DNA of 64,000 nt from an uncultured virus (IMG/VR IMGVR_UViG_3300006789_000015) (lineage: Duplodnaviria; Heunggongvirae; Uroviricota; Caudoviricetes), in IMG/VR virus record IMGVR_UViG_3300006789_000015; one strand, given 5' to 3'. A model generated the notes under the pieces. That model worked only from the letters and a program-made list of their open reading frames with translations. It did not search any database and was not told where the DNA came from. The translations under genes and the position numbers were made by a program. This document shows positions 37,283-46,980 of the stretch, piece after piece. Position 1 is the stretch's first letter. The number at the start of each line of letters is the position of its first letter.

Positions 37283-37911
37283 TCTAAAGCCTCACTTACG
37301 TTTGGGAATTGCTGAATAAAAATCTTTTTTATTTCTTCCGCAACCTCCCTGTGTTCTTTTTGTGTATTTTCTTCAGTTCTTAAATCTATATAATGAACCC
37401 AACTTCGGACTGTTCCATTCATATACATGGTAGTTTGAGTTCCTAATGGAAGGATCATACGAGCACATTCTTTAGCCACTCCAGCTTTTATCATATCCTC
37501 GTACAATTGTTTATTAGCATCCATCATCATTTGAGCCATTTTATTTTGAGTCTCATCAATTATAACTTCTGAACTACTTTGCCTATTTTTCTCTGCTGGT
37601 GAACGTAATTCCAAAGGCTCCATCTCTGTAGCTTCACTATATCGTTGGCTAAATTCTTGAAAAGAAAAACTCCTATGCCTTAATATTTGCGCTGCAATTG
37701 CTCGACTTGTTTTTATTTCGACGCACATGTTTGCGAGTTCGAATGGCGACCAATGCTTATGTTTAATTAAAAATTTTAATAACTTTGGGGCTGTCGCAGT
37801 ATTAGTTTGATTACTGGGATTTGAAACTCTAGCGCAGTAAGCAATTATGTCTTCAGCGTTATGAACTCCTTCAACTTCTGGTTTTGTGATTGAAACTAAT
37901 TTAACGTTCAT
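37273..37911 (-). CDS. thyX: flavin-dependent thymidylate synthase
   Basis: ARVSNP, HWSPFE, QILRHRSFSFQEFSQRY. Confidence 0.95.
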   Translation of the reverse strand: MNVKLVSITKPEVEGVHNAEDIIAYCARVSNPSNQTNTATAPKLLKFLIKHKHWSPFELANMCVEIKTSRAIAAQILRHRSFSFQEFSQRYSEATEMEPLELRSPAEKNRQSSSEVIIDETQNKMAQMMMDANKQLYEDMIKAGVAKECARMILPLGTQTTMYMNGTVRSWVHYIDLRTEENTQKEHREVAEEIKKIFIQQFPNVSEALEWK

Positions 37912-38501
37912 AGTCTTTCAATAATTATTCTAAATTCATTAGTTCTAGACTGGGCATCATAATGATCACGATTATCTAGCTCTTTGGAATGAAAATATAT
38001 TACTTCATCTGCACACTGTTCGTACTCTTCATCGGTATATTCATACATTCCCATTTTATAAGCCTCTGGAACATTTAAAAGGTCTCTGGTGGACCAACCT
38101 CCATAATAAGCAAAAACCCCCTTTGCTCCTAATTCTATTAAGCCCTCCCTAATACTTACCCTTTGCTTTTTATTATCTAACCAAACGTAATAAAAATCTG
38201 CCTCTGGTATATCTTTGGCTAACACAAGCTTTCTTTCTAAAGAAACATTATCTAGCCCTCTTAAGTCCTGTCGGTCAGTTAATAATTTATACCTTTCAAA
38301 ATCATATTCATACCCAATCACTCGTTTTGCATATTTGGACCAAGTGGGAATAAAGTCTCCCGCAGCGCAGCCAACTTCGATTACACGTTTACCTTTGTAG
38401 TAAGGCGCAAGTAATTCGGGAATTTCTATGGGTGACCTCCAAGGACGTTGAAGGGTAGTCTTCGGATTGACTTTAATTAAATCTTCTTTTTCCATTCCCA
38501 C
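37908..38501 (-). CDS. SAM methyltransferase-like protein
   Basis: VIEVGCAAGD; paralog of C-half of 45604..46980. Confidence 0.6.
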   Translation of the reverse strand: MGMEKEDLIKVNPKTTLQRPWRSPIEIPELLAPYYKGKRVIEVGCAAGDFIPTWSKYAKRVIGYEYDFERYKLLTDRQDLRGLDNVSLERKLVLAKDIPEADFYYVWLDNKKQRVSIREGLIELGAKGVFAYYGGWSTRDLLNVPEAYKMGMYEYTDEEYEQCADEVIYFHSKELDNRDHYDAQSRTNEFRIIIERL

Positions 38502-38504
38502 GCT

Positions 38505-38756
38505 TCAGTCATGAAGCATGTCACTACCATCCCATCCATCAATAGAAGTTTCAATAAAAAAATCATCTATAGTAGAATTTTTAAGAATTTCGGAAGAAGG
38601 GGTATCCATAAATTTATTATAAGCTTTTTTATGAGCTAAATTTCTATCTTCAGCTTTTATTTTATAAGAAATGGTAGCTTTAAAATTTAATTTAACTTTA
38701 AAGTCTTTTTCATTATCTAAGTTCATGTCGTAATAATCTCCATCTATCACTATCAA
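38505..38756 (-). CDS. hypothetical protein
   Basis: Small ORF. Confidence 0.5.
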   Translation of the reverse strand: MIVIDGDYYDMNLDNEKDFKVKLNFKATISYKIKAEDRNLAHKKAYNKFMDTPSSEILKNSTIDDFFIETSIDGWDGSDMLHD

Positions 38757-39249
38757 TAGCTTTATAACCGCTATCTATCTGTTTAATCATGTCTAAGGCT
38801 TCATCTATGCTATTGTAAATGTAATGATGTGGAAGCATACCCATAATCCATAAGGGCGTTTTTTCTTTTCCCCCCTCCATAGAAATGAAAATGGGCTTCT
38901 TCATTCTAACTGCTGTAACAAGCTCTTCTGCGCTTCCCCAACTCGCAACTTCAGGAAGTAAGTGAGCTATAATAAAATCACTTCTATCAACAAGATTTAA
39001 ATCATAACTACGTACCACACTCATTCTTTCAGCCACGTCATTATAATAGCCATTAACCATATCGTCAGCCATCTTTGTTCTAGCAGATTCATCTTCATTA
39101 ACATCTTTAACAAATGGCTTTTTATAAGGATTAAAAACGGTAATATTTAAAGGCTCTAATTCTTTCTCAACATCGTCCCTCCAGTTGCGACCATCAGCGT
39201 ATTGCATATGCCCCACTAAATAAGTTCTAGTTTTATCTAACACGTTCAT
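38713..39249 (-). CDS. nucleoside 2-deoxyribosyltransferase-like protein
   Basis: YLVGHM, WR, FNP, DL..VDRSD, SWGSAEE. Confidence 0.65.
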   Translation of the reverse strand: MNVLDKTRTYLVGHMQYADGRNWRDDVEKELEPLNITVFNPYKKPFVKDVNEDESARTKMADDMVNGYYNDVAERMSVVRSYDLNLVDRSDFIIAHLLPEVASWGSAEELVTAVRMKKPIFISMEGGKEKTPLWIMGMLPHHYIYNSIDEALDMIKQIDSGYKAIDSDRWRLLRHELR

Positions 39250-40112
39250 ACATTATCCTTATATTTTTTCTCAAACATCGCTTTTAGTTTTTTTAAAGCT
39301 ATTCCCTCAATCTGCCTAATTCTTTCTCTTGTTACGTTATGCCTTCTCCCTATAACTTCAAGAGTTTCTTGATCGTGGTTTTCTAAGCCGAAACGGTACA
39401 TTAAAATGTCATATTCTCTTTCCGTCAAATCCTTTAAAAGTGACTTTAAATTTCTAACATCCTCCTGTTTAGAAATAAACTCTTCTACACTCGGAACTTT
39501 ATCATCCTCGACAACTTCGGCATAGCTTTTTTCCGTTTTGCCATTGCCCGAATCTTGAAAAAAATCATCTAAAGACTTTGGGGTAGAAACTGTATCTAAA
39601 ATTGTAGAAATACGAATCTCACTAAGATTTAACTTTTCACTTATCTCTTGAGTAGATGGCTCTCTATCAAAATTTTTTTTATAAAAATTAATCAATCTCG
39701 TTATTTTATTATAATCATCAAAAGCTCCGCAGGGCAATCTTATAAGTCGAGACTTATTAGTTAAAGCTCTGTAAATTGACTGCTTGATCCAGAAAGAGGA
39801 ATAGTAAGAAAGCTTGGTCTTCTTTCCCAGTTTATATTTTTCCACGGCCTTCATTAAGCCCAGATTTCCCTCGTTAACTAAATCTTCTAGAGGTAACCCG
39901 CATCCTTGAAAATTTTTAGCTATTTTTACCACCAGCCTCAAATTAGAATTAATTAACTTCTCCCTTATTATATTTTTAGACCTACCTCTGGCCGTTTGAA
40001 AATTTTTTAATAGCCTCGCCTCTTCGTCTGGAGAAAGAAGCGGGTATTTACTAATATTTTGATAGTATGAGTCTAAGATAGATTGGCTGCAGTCCAAATG
40101 CTTTTCATCCAT
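39246..40112 (-). CDS. RNA polymerase sigma-70 family factor (RpoD/RpoS-like)
   Basis: NLRLVVKIAK, DLVNEGNLGLMKAVEKY, WIKQ, TRERIRQIE; promoter TTGACT-N17-TATTTT 8 nt before ATG. Confidence 0.93.
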   Translation of the reverse strand: MDEKHLDCSQSILDSYYQNISKYPLLSPDEEARLLKNFQTARGRSKNIIREKLINSNLRLVVKIAKNFQGCGLPLEDLVNEGNLGLMKAVEKYKLGKKTKLSYYSSFWIKQSIYRALTNKSRLIRLPCGAFDDYNKITRLINFYKKNFDREPSTQEISEKLNLSEIRISTILDTVSTPKSLDDFFQDSGNGKTEKSYAEVVEDDKVPSVEEFISKQEDVRNLKSLLKDLTEREYDILMYRFGLENHDQETLEVIGRRHNVTRERIRQIEGIALKKLKAMFEKKYKDNV

Positions 40113-40172
40113 AGAGATGAAAAATAAAATATAAATATTATTAAGTCAATATATATATTTATATTCTTTTTA

Positions 40173-40472
40173 TTAAAAATAGGAGCCTTTATTAGTACAC
40201 TCTGGGCAAGTTTCAACAAGCTCTTTTACTTCTTTAGCGTAATTATCTAAATTTTTATTTTCGTACTCGATCTTAGTTTTAAATTTGTCAGCCTCAAGTA
40301 ACCAAAACATTTTTTCTTCCTCACACTCTAAAGTCTCGCAACCCTCTATCTTTTCATACTCATCAAAACAATCATTAGCTTGTTTAGCGGCCCAATTTAT
40401 AGAGTCATTTATAGCTAACGCTTTTCTCTTAATTTCTTCAGCCATATATTGGCATTTGTCTTTCGGGGTCAT
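40173..40472 (-). CDS. hypothetical protein
   Basis: 99 aa ORF. Confidence 0.6.
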   Translation of the reverse strand: MTPKDKCQYMAEEIKRKALAINDSINWAAKQANDCFDEYEKIEGCETLECEEEKMFWLLEADKFKTKIEYENKNLDNYAKEVKELVETCPECTNKGSYF

Positions 40473-40630
40473 GCTATCTTAATTTTAAATTCTTCTTTTC
40501 CTCTTTGATTAATTTTCTTTAGGTGATCTTCCGCCATTATTTTCCCCTCTTCTGTTAAAGGAAACGCGCCTTGAACGTAACCCTTTTGCTTAGAGACTAC
40601 TACGTAACATTTATCCTTTTTTACTCTCAT
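40469..40630 (-). CDS. 53-aa hypothetical protein (below cutoff)
   Basis: MRVKKDKCYVVVSK...; ATGA overlap. Confidence 0.55.
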   Translation of the reverse strand: MRVKKDKCYVVVSKQKGYVQGAFPLTEEGKIMAEDHLKKINQRGKEEFKIKIA

Positions 40631-40695
40631 AAATAAAAATACCAAAAAAAAGAATTATTTCAAGAATTTGTTTTTTTTATAAAGTGTAACACTTA

Positions 40696-40926
40696 ATGGA
40701 TATGCTTACCTATAGGGAAATTTTGTCTGTTATCGCAAAGATGGAGGAGGAATATCTAAATGTAAAAAAAGACGAAAATTCAAGTCATCATCAAAAGAAA
40801 CACGCTCATCAAGCAATATTTGTTTTAGCTAGAGTGGATAAAAAAATGAGAGAAGCAATCCAATCAAAATTTAAAAAGGGAGAAAAAAATGGAGAAAATA
40901 AAAAAAATTTTTGGAGCTTTTGGTAA
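40696..40926 (+). CDS. hypothetical protein
   Basis: GTGTA motif upstream. Confidence 0.6.
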   Translation: MDMLTYREILSVIAKMEEEYLNVKKDENSSHHQKKHAHQAIFVLARVDKKMREAIQSKFKKGEKNGENKKNFWSFW

Positions 40927-41302
40927 ACTTCTTAATGGTAATGCAGTAACGATATGCTTAACCTCTATGCCTTTCCTTGCTATTATGACGTGGATGTCAT
41001 ATGAAGACTCTAAACATACCTTAAGGCTTCTCGAACAAAGACAGCTTCTGCATATTGAAAACATTCAACTCGAAAATACTACAAAAAATCAATCTCGTTA
41101 CATGAATGAAGTTACTGACATTTTACAGCAGCAGGGAATAAAGCTTAGAGAAGCGGACGATATAATCCAACAACAGAATAATATTATTAGGAGCTTAATT
41201 ATGAAGCTGAAAGAGTTGGACGAATGGCCAATAAAACCAATTGATCCAGATAAATTAGCTCGTGGTCGATCTGAGGCTAATTTTATTCAAGAAGGTCATT
41301 AA
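40889..41302 (+). CDS. TM + coiled-coil protein
   Basis: GGGAG upstream; Gln-rich heptads. Confidence 0.6.
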   Translation: MEKIKKIFGAFGKLLNGNAVTICLTSMPFLAIMTWMSYEDSKHTLRLLEQRQLLHIENIQLENTTKNQSRYMNEVTDILQQQGIKLREADDIIQQQNNIIRSLIMKLKELDEWPIKPIDPDKLARGRSEANFIQEGH

Positions 41303-42218
41303 ACAATTTTATAAAATCTTTGACCGTACTATTTAAATGAAGCTCGTTTCTGTGCTGTAAACAAGTATCCCTCATACCTTTTCTAACATATTGATTTTCT
41401 ATTAAAGTTTTTAAACTTGAACAGGCTTCGTTAAAATTATTAACAAAAAAACAACATCCGGGCTTATCCTTTACCAACTCTACATACGAATTGTAAGGGA
41501 CAACTACAGAAGGAATTCCAAAAGCGATAAAATTAGATATTTTTGTATTAGAGCGATACTTCATTCTGTCTCCCCAAGTTTTTTCAAAACCAGCTAACCC
41601 CTCATCCTTATCTTTGTCTAAAAAAATCAATCCTAAATCTAAAGTTCTTAAAGTAGAAAATAAATCAATCTTAAAAGCTGCCGCGCTTTGATTAGTTATC
41701 AATTTACAATTATAAGTATTTAAAAAAGTTCTAAAATCTTCTTTACGATGAAGCTGATCATCCATGCCTATAAAACCAACATTTTTTACTTCACTATTAA
41801 AGTCAGGAGTTTCGTTTAAAAAATTACAATGATGGTGGTATACAGTTTGAAATTTCTGAGATACAAACCCTAAACTTTTACATTTATCTGTATAAGGCTC
41901 ACACGTAGAAATTATTGAATGTAAATAATGTTTATTATTTAGCATCGTTTCGTACTCAGACATTAAAGATTCATCCGCGTACCAAACAGTTTTTATGTTT
42001 TGATTGTAGGCTTTTTTTAATAATTGAACGTTACAGGCTTTAACAAATACGACTATATCTAAATCTTGAAACGCAGAGTCTTCATTTCCTGAAACCTCTT
42101 TCTCCTCTAGAAATGAAGCATTTATACCATTTCTACTCAAATATTCTATTGGCTCTAAGGCCATACAAATAGTAGAAGGATATTCTCTAACGTGATCAGA
42201 GATAAATAACACTCTCAT
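41283..42218 (-). CDS. GT-B glycosyltransferase-like protein
   Basis: NVGFIG, NTKISNFIAFGIP; paralog of 42441..43394. Confidence 0.6.
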   Translation of the reverse strand: MRVLFISDHVREYPSTICMALEPIEYLSRNGINASFLEEKEVSGNEDSAFQDLDIVVFVKACNVQLLKKAYNQNIKTVWYADESLMSEYETMLNNKHYLHSIISTCEPYTDKCKSLGFVSQKFQTVYHHHCNFLNETPDFNSEVKNVGFIGMDDQLHRKEDFRTFLNTYNCKLITNQSAAAFKIDLFSTLRTLDLGLIFLDKDKDEGLAGFEKTWGDRMKYRSNTKISNFIAFGIPSVVVPYNSYVELVKDKPGCCFFVNNFNEACSSLKTLIENQYVRKGMRDTCLQHRNELHLNSTVKDFIKLFNDLLE

Positions 42219-42241
42219 AAGATTAATATATCATTTTAAAA

Positions 42242-42424
42242 CTATGAGTCACCTCTTATTATTTTGTAATCTGCATAATTCCCTGAAAGAAAGCCCTCCT
42301 CATATAAATAACTAACGACAATCATAGCTTCTTCATTAGATACGTCATCTAGGTAATCGTAAATTTCAACCGTATGACCGCTAACTATTATGGGCAAACC
42401 GTTAACAATAATGTCATTATACAC
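42242..42424 (-). CDS. hypothetical protein
   Basis: GTGTA motif 10 nt upstream. Confidence 0.55.
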   Translation of the reverse strand: MYNDIIVNGLPIIVSGHTVEIYDYLDDVSNEEAMIVVSYLYEEGFLSGNYADYKIIRGDS

Positions 42425-42440
42425 ATAGTATAATTACACT

Positions 42441-43394
42441 TTACTTGCTCAAGACTTCCTCAAATAAAGAAATATAATCTTTAGCTATTGTCGTGGGGTG
42501 AAAACGGTCCCTAGCTTGTAAGGCAGCTTCTCTCATTTCGTATCTCTTTGAAGGGTCTTTTATTAATTCATCTAACGCTTGAATAGCTTCGTAAAAATTC
42601 CTTACAACAGTAATGGCCCCCGTATCTCCAAGAGCCTCTATGTAAGAACTATAAGGGGAGGTTACGGTAGGGATACCGTACGCCGCGTTATTTGTAGATT
42701 TCGTATTAGCTCTACAAATTAACCTGTCTTCGTGACCCTTTTCGTCCCCAACAGCCCACCAATCCTCTTCATAAAAAACTATACCAATATCAAATTTGTG
42801 ATACCAATCTTTAAAAATTCTTAACGTCTTTTCAGTATCTGTAAGTCCGATCCCCCCTCTATCAAATAATTTGCAATCTCTACTTTCAGCAAATCTCATA
42901 AACTCCCACTTGCGATGAAGTTGATTTTTGCAACCTAAATAACCTATATTTTCAACTTTTTCTCTAAAAGGGGCGACAGAATTATCAAAATTACAATGAT
43001 GATGGTGAATAGTCCTAATAATTTGAGATTTAAAAGGTGCATCATTTCGAGTCCTAAGTAGGTGGGTATAATCGTCACAAGTAGATATTAATGCGTCAAG
43101 TTCATCATTGTGATTTCTAGGCAAGTCATGCGTTTCCCTATTCATAACTAAAGCTCCACCAGCAGAATTCCATATAGTTTTTATTCCCATTTCGGAAGCT
43201 TGTTTAAGTAACCCTCTATGACAATATTTTATAAAAACTATAACATCATACTTTTTTTTATTTAAATCAACATCGTCACTGAATTGATACTCTGCATTAA
43301 CTCCAGCATTTCTTATGAATTCTACAGGTTGTTTTGCCAACATGCTAACCGATGGGTAAGAGGGGTTTTCGTTACTAGTAAACAACACCTTCAT
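42441..43394 (-). CDS. GT-B glycosyltransferase-like protein
   Basis: HHHCNF, NTKSTN..AYGIP. Confidence 0.6.
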   Translation of the reverse strand: MKVLFTSNENPSYPSVSMLAKQPVEFIRNAGVNAEYQFSDDVDLNKKKYDVIVFIKYCHRGLLKQASEMGIKTIWNSAGGALVMNRETHDLPRNHNDELDALISTCDDYTHLLRTRNDAPFKSQIIRTIHHHHCNFDNSVAPFREKVENIGYLGCKNQLHRKWEFMRFAESRDCKLFDRGGIGLTDTEKTLRIFKDWYHKFDIGIVFYEEDWWAVGDEKGHEDRLICRANTKSTNNAAYGIPTVTSPYSSYIEALGDTGAITVVRNFYEAIQALDELIKDPSKRYEMREAALQARDRFHPTTIAKDYISLFEEVLSK

Positions 43395-43403
43395 ATTATT
43401 GAA

Positions 43404-43421
43404 TACACTAATATAAGTGTA
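43404..43421. promoter_or_regulatory. back-to-back GTGTA promoter pair
   Basis: TACAC-N8-GTGTA, each 9 nt from divergent starts 43394 and 43431. Confidence 0.7.
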
Positions 43422-43430
43422 TATTATTAA

Positions 43431-43769
43431 GTGGGAAATTTAAATTTAATTATTGCTGCAGAATTAAGTTCTGATCCACCCTCTGAAGGTTTATACTTCA
43501 GATTTATCACAATGGTCGCTAAAACAGACCTAAATTATGAAGTCGTAATAGAGTCAGAAAAGGAAATGGTTGATAATTATTATAATTTTTTAAAAAAGAA
43601 AGGGTGGTACGATTTCGTAGACGATATCATCTTACCAGAGTGGAGGGTAGAGGGGGTAAGGATTGATACAGAAAATAATTACCCTTTAACTATTAAAACT
43701 CCATATATTAGGTGTGAGAATACCCCAAATCTCTTAGGACAAATTAACTCTATTAGAGATTTTGTTTAG
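43431..43769 (+). CDS. hypothetical protein
   Basis: GTGTA-N9-GTG. Confidence 0.65.
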   Translation: MGNLNLIIAAELSSDPPSEGLYFRFITMVAKTDLNYEVVIESEKEMVDNYYNFLKKKGWYDFVDDIILPEWRVEGVRIDTENNYPLTIKTPYIRCENTPNLLGQINSIRDFV

Positions 43770-44552
43770 TAATATTTGGAAGTTCGGGCTATTGTATTTA
43801 TTATCAATAACTTCTTTTACTTCGTCGGGTAAATGATCCATATATCGACGATTAAGATAAAAATTTTTATCAAAAGGGGTCTTGGTTTTTATTAACCCCA
43901 TGTCAGTAGATGCTTGAATCACTTTATCTTCATCTACATAACCTTTATGTTTTTTAGTTAATTTAAATTTAGATTCAAGCTGAGATAAAATTTTATTTTT
44001 ATCTCGTATTAAGTCTTCGTATTGAATGAAAATCGAATTATCCTTATTACCCTCAAAAAGCTCCACCCACCTTCTGTAATTGAGCTCGTAACGATTGCAC
44101 CATCGTCTAACCCATCCATTTTTCAAAACGTCTTCCCAATCCAATCTTCTATGCCTAAACCTTTTAAAGCTATAAACGAACCCATAGATATCTTTTATCA
44201 TAAAAATATAATTAAGGTTGTCACAAGCATAATTAAGTTCATCCGCGCTAAAAGGTAATACGTAATTGTCCACACAAAGCACTTGTCCTTCTAGTAAAGG
44301 TTTAGCGGTTTTAGGATCAATACCTTTAGACATTTTTCTAACCCAATCCTTATGGCTTTCAGCTTCAAATTCGGGAAAGGTTTTAAGGTTATTCATGTAC
44401 CACCTCTCCTTATAATTTGAAACTTCATACATCCCGTGCTTCCACCCTAGAACACTTGCAAAAACAGTCGCCTCTTCAAAGTTTAGCTCAAGTAAACTTT
44501 TTAAATAATTAGTTCCTGTTCTTTGTTCTCCGTACTGTTTAAAATATTTCAT
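43734..44552 (-). CDS. sulfotransferase-like protein
   Basis: GEQRTGTNYL PAPS loop, GWKHG, IQYEDL. Confidence 0.7.
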   Translation of the reverse strand: MKYFKQYGEQRTGTNYLKSLLELNFEEATVFASVLGWKHGMYEVSNYKERWYMNNLKTFPEFEAESHKDWVRKMSKGIDPKTAKPLLEGQVLCVDNYVLPFSADELNYACDNLNYIFMIKDIYGFVYSFKRFRHRRLDWEDVLKNGWVRRWCNRYELNYRRWVELFEGNKDNSIFIQYEDLIRDKNKILSQLESKFKLTKKHKGYVDEDKVIQASTDMGLIKTKTPFDKNFYLNRRYMDHLPDEVKEVIDNKYNSPNFQILLNKISNRVNLS

Positions 44553-45607
44553 AAGGGAAATGGAAGCTTCTTTCTAGTTTCGTCATAATTACCTATTATA
44601 TCTCCGTCACTATTAACATAAATATATCTATCTTCATCAACCATTAAATCATGACCGACGTCTTTCCATTGAGATTTTTGATTTGGCCCATAAGACCAAG
44701 GGCCATCTCTTGTAATTGGAAAATATATTTCTGTCGCTTCAGATAAATAAGCGGCCATCCAACTCCAAGAACTTTGAGTAATAGCGACTTTATTAAATAG
44801 CCTTATAAAATTAAAAGTCTTAATCTCTGGCGGTTCTGAATGGGATAAAAAAATAGGATTATATTTATAGAGCGGTTGTAAAATTTCGTGAAAGGGCCAC
44901 TCAGAACAAATAAATAAACTTTTAAAATGAATTTTATCTAAGAGGGGTAAAAAATAATCAGACAAAACTCTTCTATTCCTAAACTGCCCATAGGTATAAT
45001 CTGGCCCAAGCCTTATGTTAAGAAGTAAGTCATCCTCATGTATTTTAGGGGTATGAATTTCCGTAAATCTATCATCGCCCACCCTAAAGGGGGTGGATGA
45101 AGTAGGTCTATGGCCATTTTTATCTACAATATGCCATCCATCAGGATAACGTGGGTACTCTTGAGAGACGTCTGTGTAGTATTTGTCATCATACCTCTTT
45201 CCTTTTTTTATTTCCTCATGATCCCAATTAATAATTTTAAAAGTTAAACCTTTTAAGTTGTCTCTCGAAAAAGGTTGATCCATGTACATCCAGTCATTCT
45301 TAATTTCGTTAGAATAATTTTTATAAAAAGGATAATACTCTAGGAAAGACCTTACGATAAATTTACAATCTGTTTGCCTTCTTAAATCTTCTACTTCTAC
45401 TCTATGCTTATGATTTTTTTCTGAAATTTCATAAACAGGATCATGAAATCTTTTACCTTCTAAATTCCAATCTCCAGAATTGTCTAAATATCTTATCTTG
45501 GGGCATTTTACATAATAATCTAGTTCTGCAGCCAAGCATCTACCAAAACAATATTGAATTACTTCATTGCCCCACCCGCAATTCCAATCTAAATCACAAT
45601 GAATCAT
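44549..45607 (-). CDS. GT11 alpha-1,2-fucosyltransferase-like
   Basis: GWGN..QY, IRLG.DY, SSWSWMAAYLS. Confidence 0.65.
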   Translation of the reverse strand: MIHCDLDWNCGWGNEVIQYCFGRCLAAELDYYVKCPKIRYLDNSGDWNLEGKRFHDPVYEISEKNHKHRVEVEDLRRQTDCKFIVRSFLEYYPFYKNYSNEIKNDWMYMDQPFSRDNLKGLTFKIINWDHEEIKKGKRYDDKYYTDVSQEYPRYPDGWHIVDKNGHRPTSSTPFRVGDDRFTEIHTPKIHEDDLLLNIRLGPDYTYGQFRNRRVLSDYFLPLLDKIHFKSLFICSEWPFHEILQPLYKYNPIFLSHSEPPEIKTFNFIRLFNKVAITQSSWSWMAAYLSEATEIYFPITRDGPWSYGPNQKSQWKDVGHDLMVDEDRYIYVNSDGDIIGNYDETRKKLPFPL

Positions 45608-46980
45608 TTTAAGCCATTTAAAACTAAAGAATTCAGAGCAGGTCCAGATTTAATTACAGCTAAAATAAATTCACCACTTTCCCTGTACCCGTCACCCTCA
45701 TTGAAAGGAACTGTTATTATCTCTCCACCCCAATAGTCAGCGCATTGTCTAACGACCATAGATTCTGCTCTATGTGGGCCTCCAAGTCTAATTCCAGTAT
45801 GACCACTATCAGCAGCGACTACGATAACCCCTTTAAAATCTTTATTTGAAATTAATTTTCTTATTAAATAATCATTATCTTTATAGCCTTCGTCTGGCCA
45901 AAAGTAATAAACTTCAGCCAAAGGAACATCTTCGTTTCTGTAATCTAAAGCTCTGATATCTAGACCTCTTTTTTTAGCGACTTCATATCTCTCCTCTTTG
46001 TTATCAAACCCAAACACTTTCTTAGCGTAACGTGACAAAAACACCATATTGTCTCCTTCAGCACACCCCAACTCACAAACCGTCTTATCCCGAATAATAT
46101 CTTTGATAGCGTGAGAAACTGCTTCTGGAGAACGAAAGGGACATTTCGAAAAAATATTATGTGGAGTTGGGGAAGGCTTTTTGCCTTCTCCAGCTTTTTC
46201 GTCAACGTATTTACTTTTATATATATCCAATAGCTCCTTGTGGCTCATAATATAGTGCCGAAAAATAACGGATAACAGTTCACGGTTAAGTCCCTGTTTG
46301 ATTTCAGATAATTCAGCAGCAATGGAAATTTCGTGACATACATTTTCCATTTGAAGACCCAATTTTCTGGTGTTTTCTGAAACAAGAGCCCAATTATTTA
46401 TAAAATTTTGTATTTTCTCCTTGGTAGAGGTTAAAACAAGCGCGGCTTCAAATGGCATTTTAAAATCTACCCAACTAAAACTTAAATCCATTTCATCTTT
46501 TAAAGCTTCAAGCTTGGGGGTAAATGTCACATCTTCCTCTTTCTTAGGAATCTCACCCCCAAAACCTGAAGCTGGATACCAACTGCCGCACCATAAACCT
46601 TCATGCTCACATTTATTTATAACGTCCCAATCCCAGACTCTAATTATCATGTCCATATCAATAAAACAGATATTTTCATGACCACGATCTAGACAAGCTT
46701 GAAAACAGAATCTTTTTAAAGAATAGTCAAACTTATAAACGGTTCCAGTTCCTACAGTTTTATTAGAATCTATATGACCATACGTTTCTTTAGTTAAGGG
46801 TACTGCTGTAAAGTCTGGATGATCAAAGTCTTTATAATAATCCAAGTCATCGACCACAAGAATAAGCTTAGGTCGATCTACTTCACACTTTTCAACCCAA
46901 GAGTCATAAAAAAGTTTAGAAAATTTTCTATACTTTTCTCCTACAACTAAAGAGGTAATACAAAAGTTTTCTCTCATCAC
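45604..46980 (-). CDS. glycosyltransferase-like + methyltransferase fusion
   Basis: FIDMD DxD in N-half; ELGCAEGD in C-half. Confidence 0.6.
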   Translation of the reverse strand: MMRENFCITSLVVGEKYRKFSKLFYDSWVEKCEVDRPKLILVVDDLDYYKDFDHPDFTAVPLTKETYGHIDSNKTVGTGTVYKFDYSLKRFCFQACLDRGHENICFIDMDMIIRVWDWDVINKCEHEGLWCGSWYPASGFGGEIPKKEEDVTFTPKLEALKDEMDLSFSWVDFKMPFEAALVLTSTKEKIQNFINNWALVSENTRKLGLQMENVCHEISIAAELSEIKQGLNRELLSVIFRHYIMSHKELLDIYKSKYVDEKAGEGKKPSPTPHNIFSKCPFRSPEAVSHAIKDIIRDKTVCELGCAEGDNMVFLSRYAKKVFGFDNKEERYEVAKKRGLDIRALDYRNEDVPLAEVYYFWPDEGYKDNDYLIRKLISNKDFKGVIVVAADSGHTGIRLGGPHRAESMVVRQCADYWGGEIITVPFNEGDGYRESGEFILAVIKSGPALNSLVLNGLK

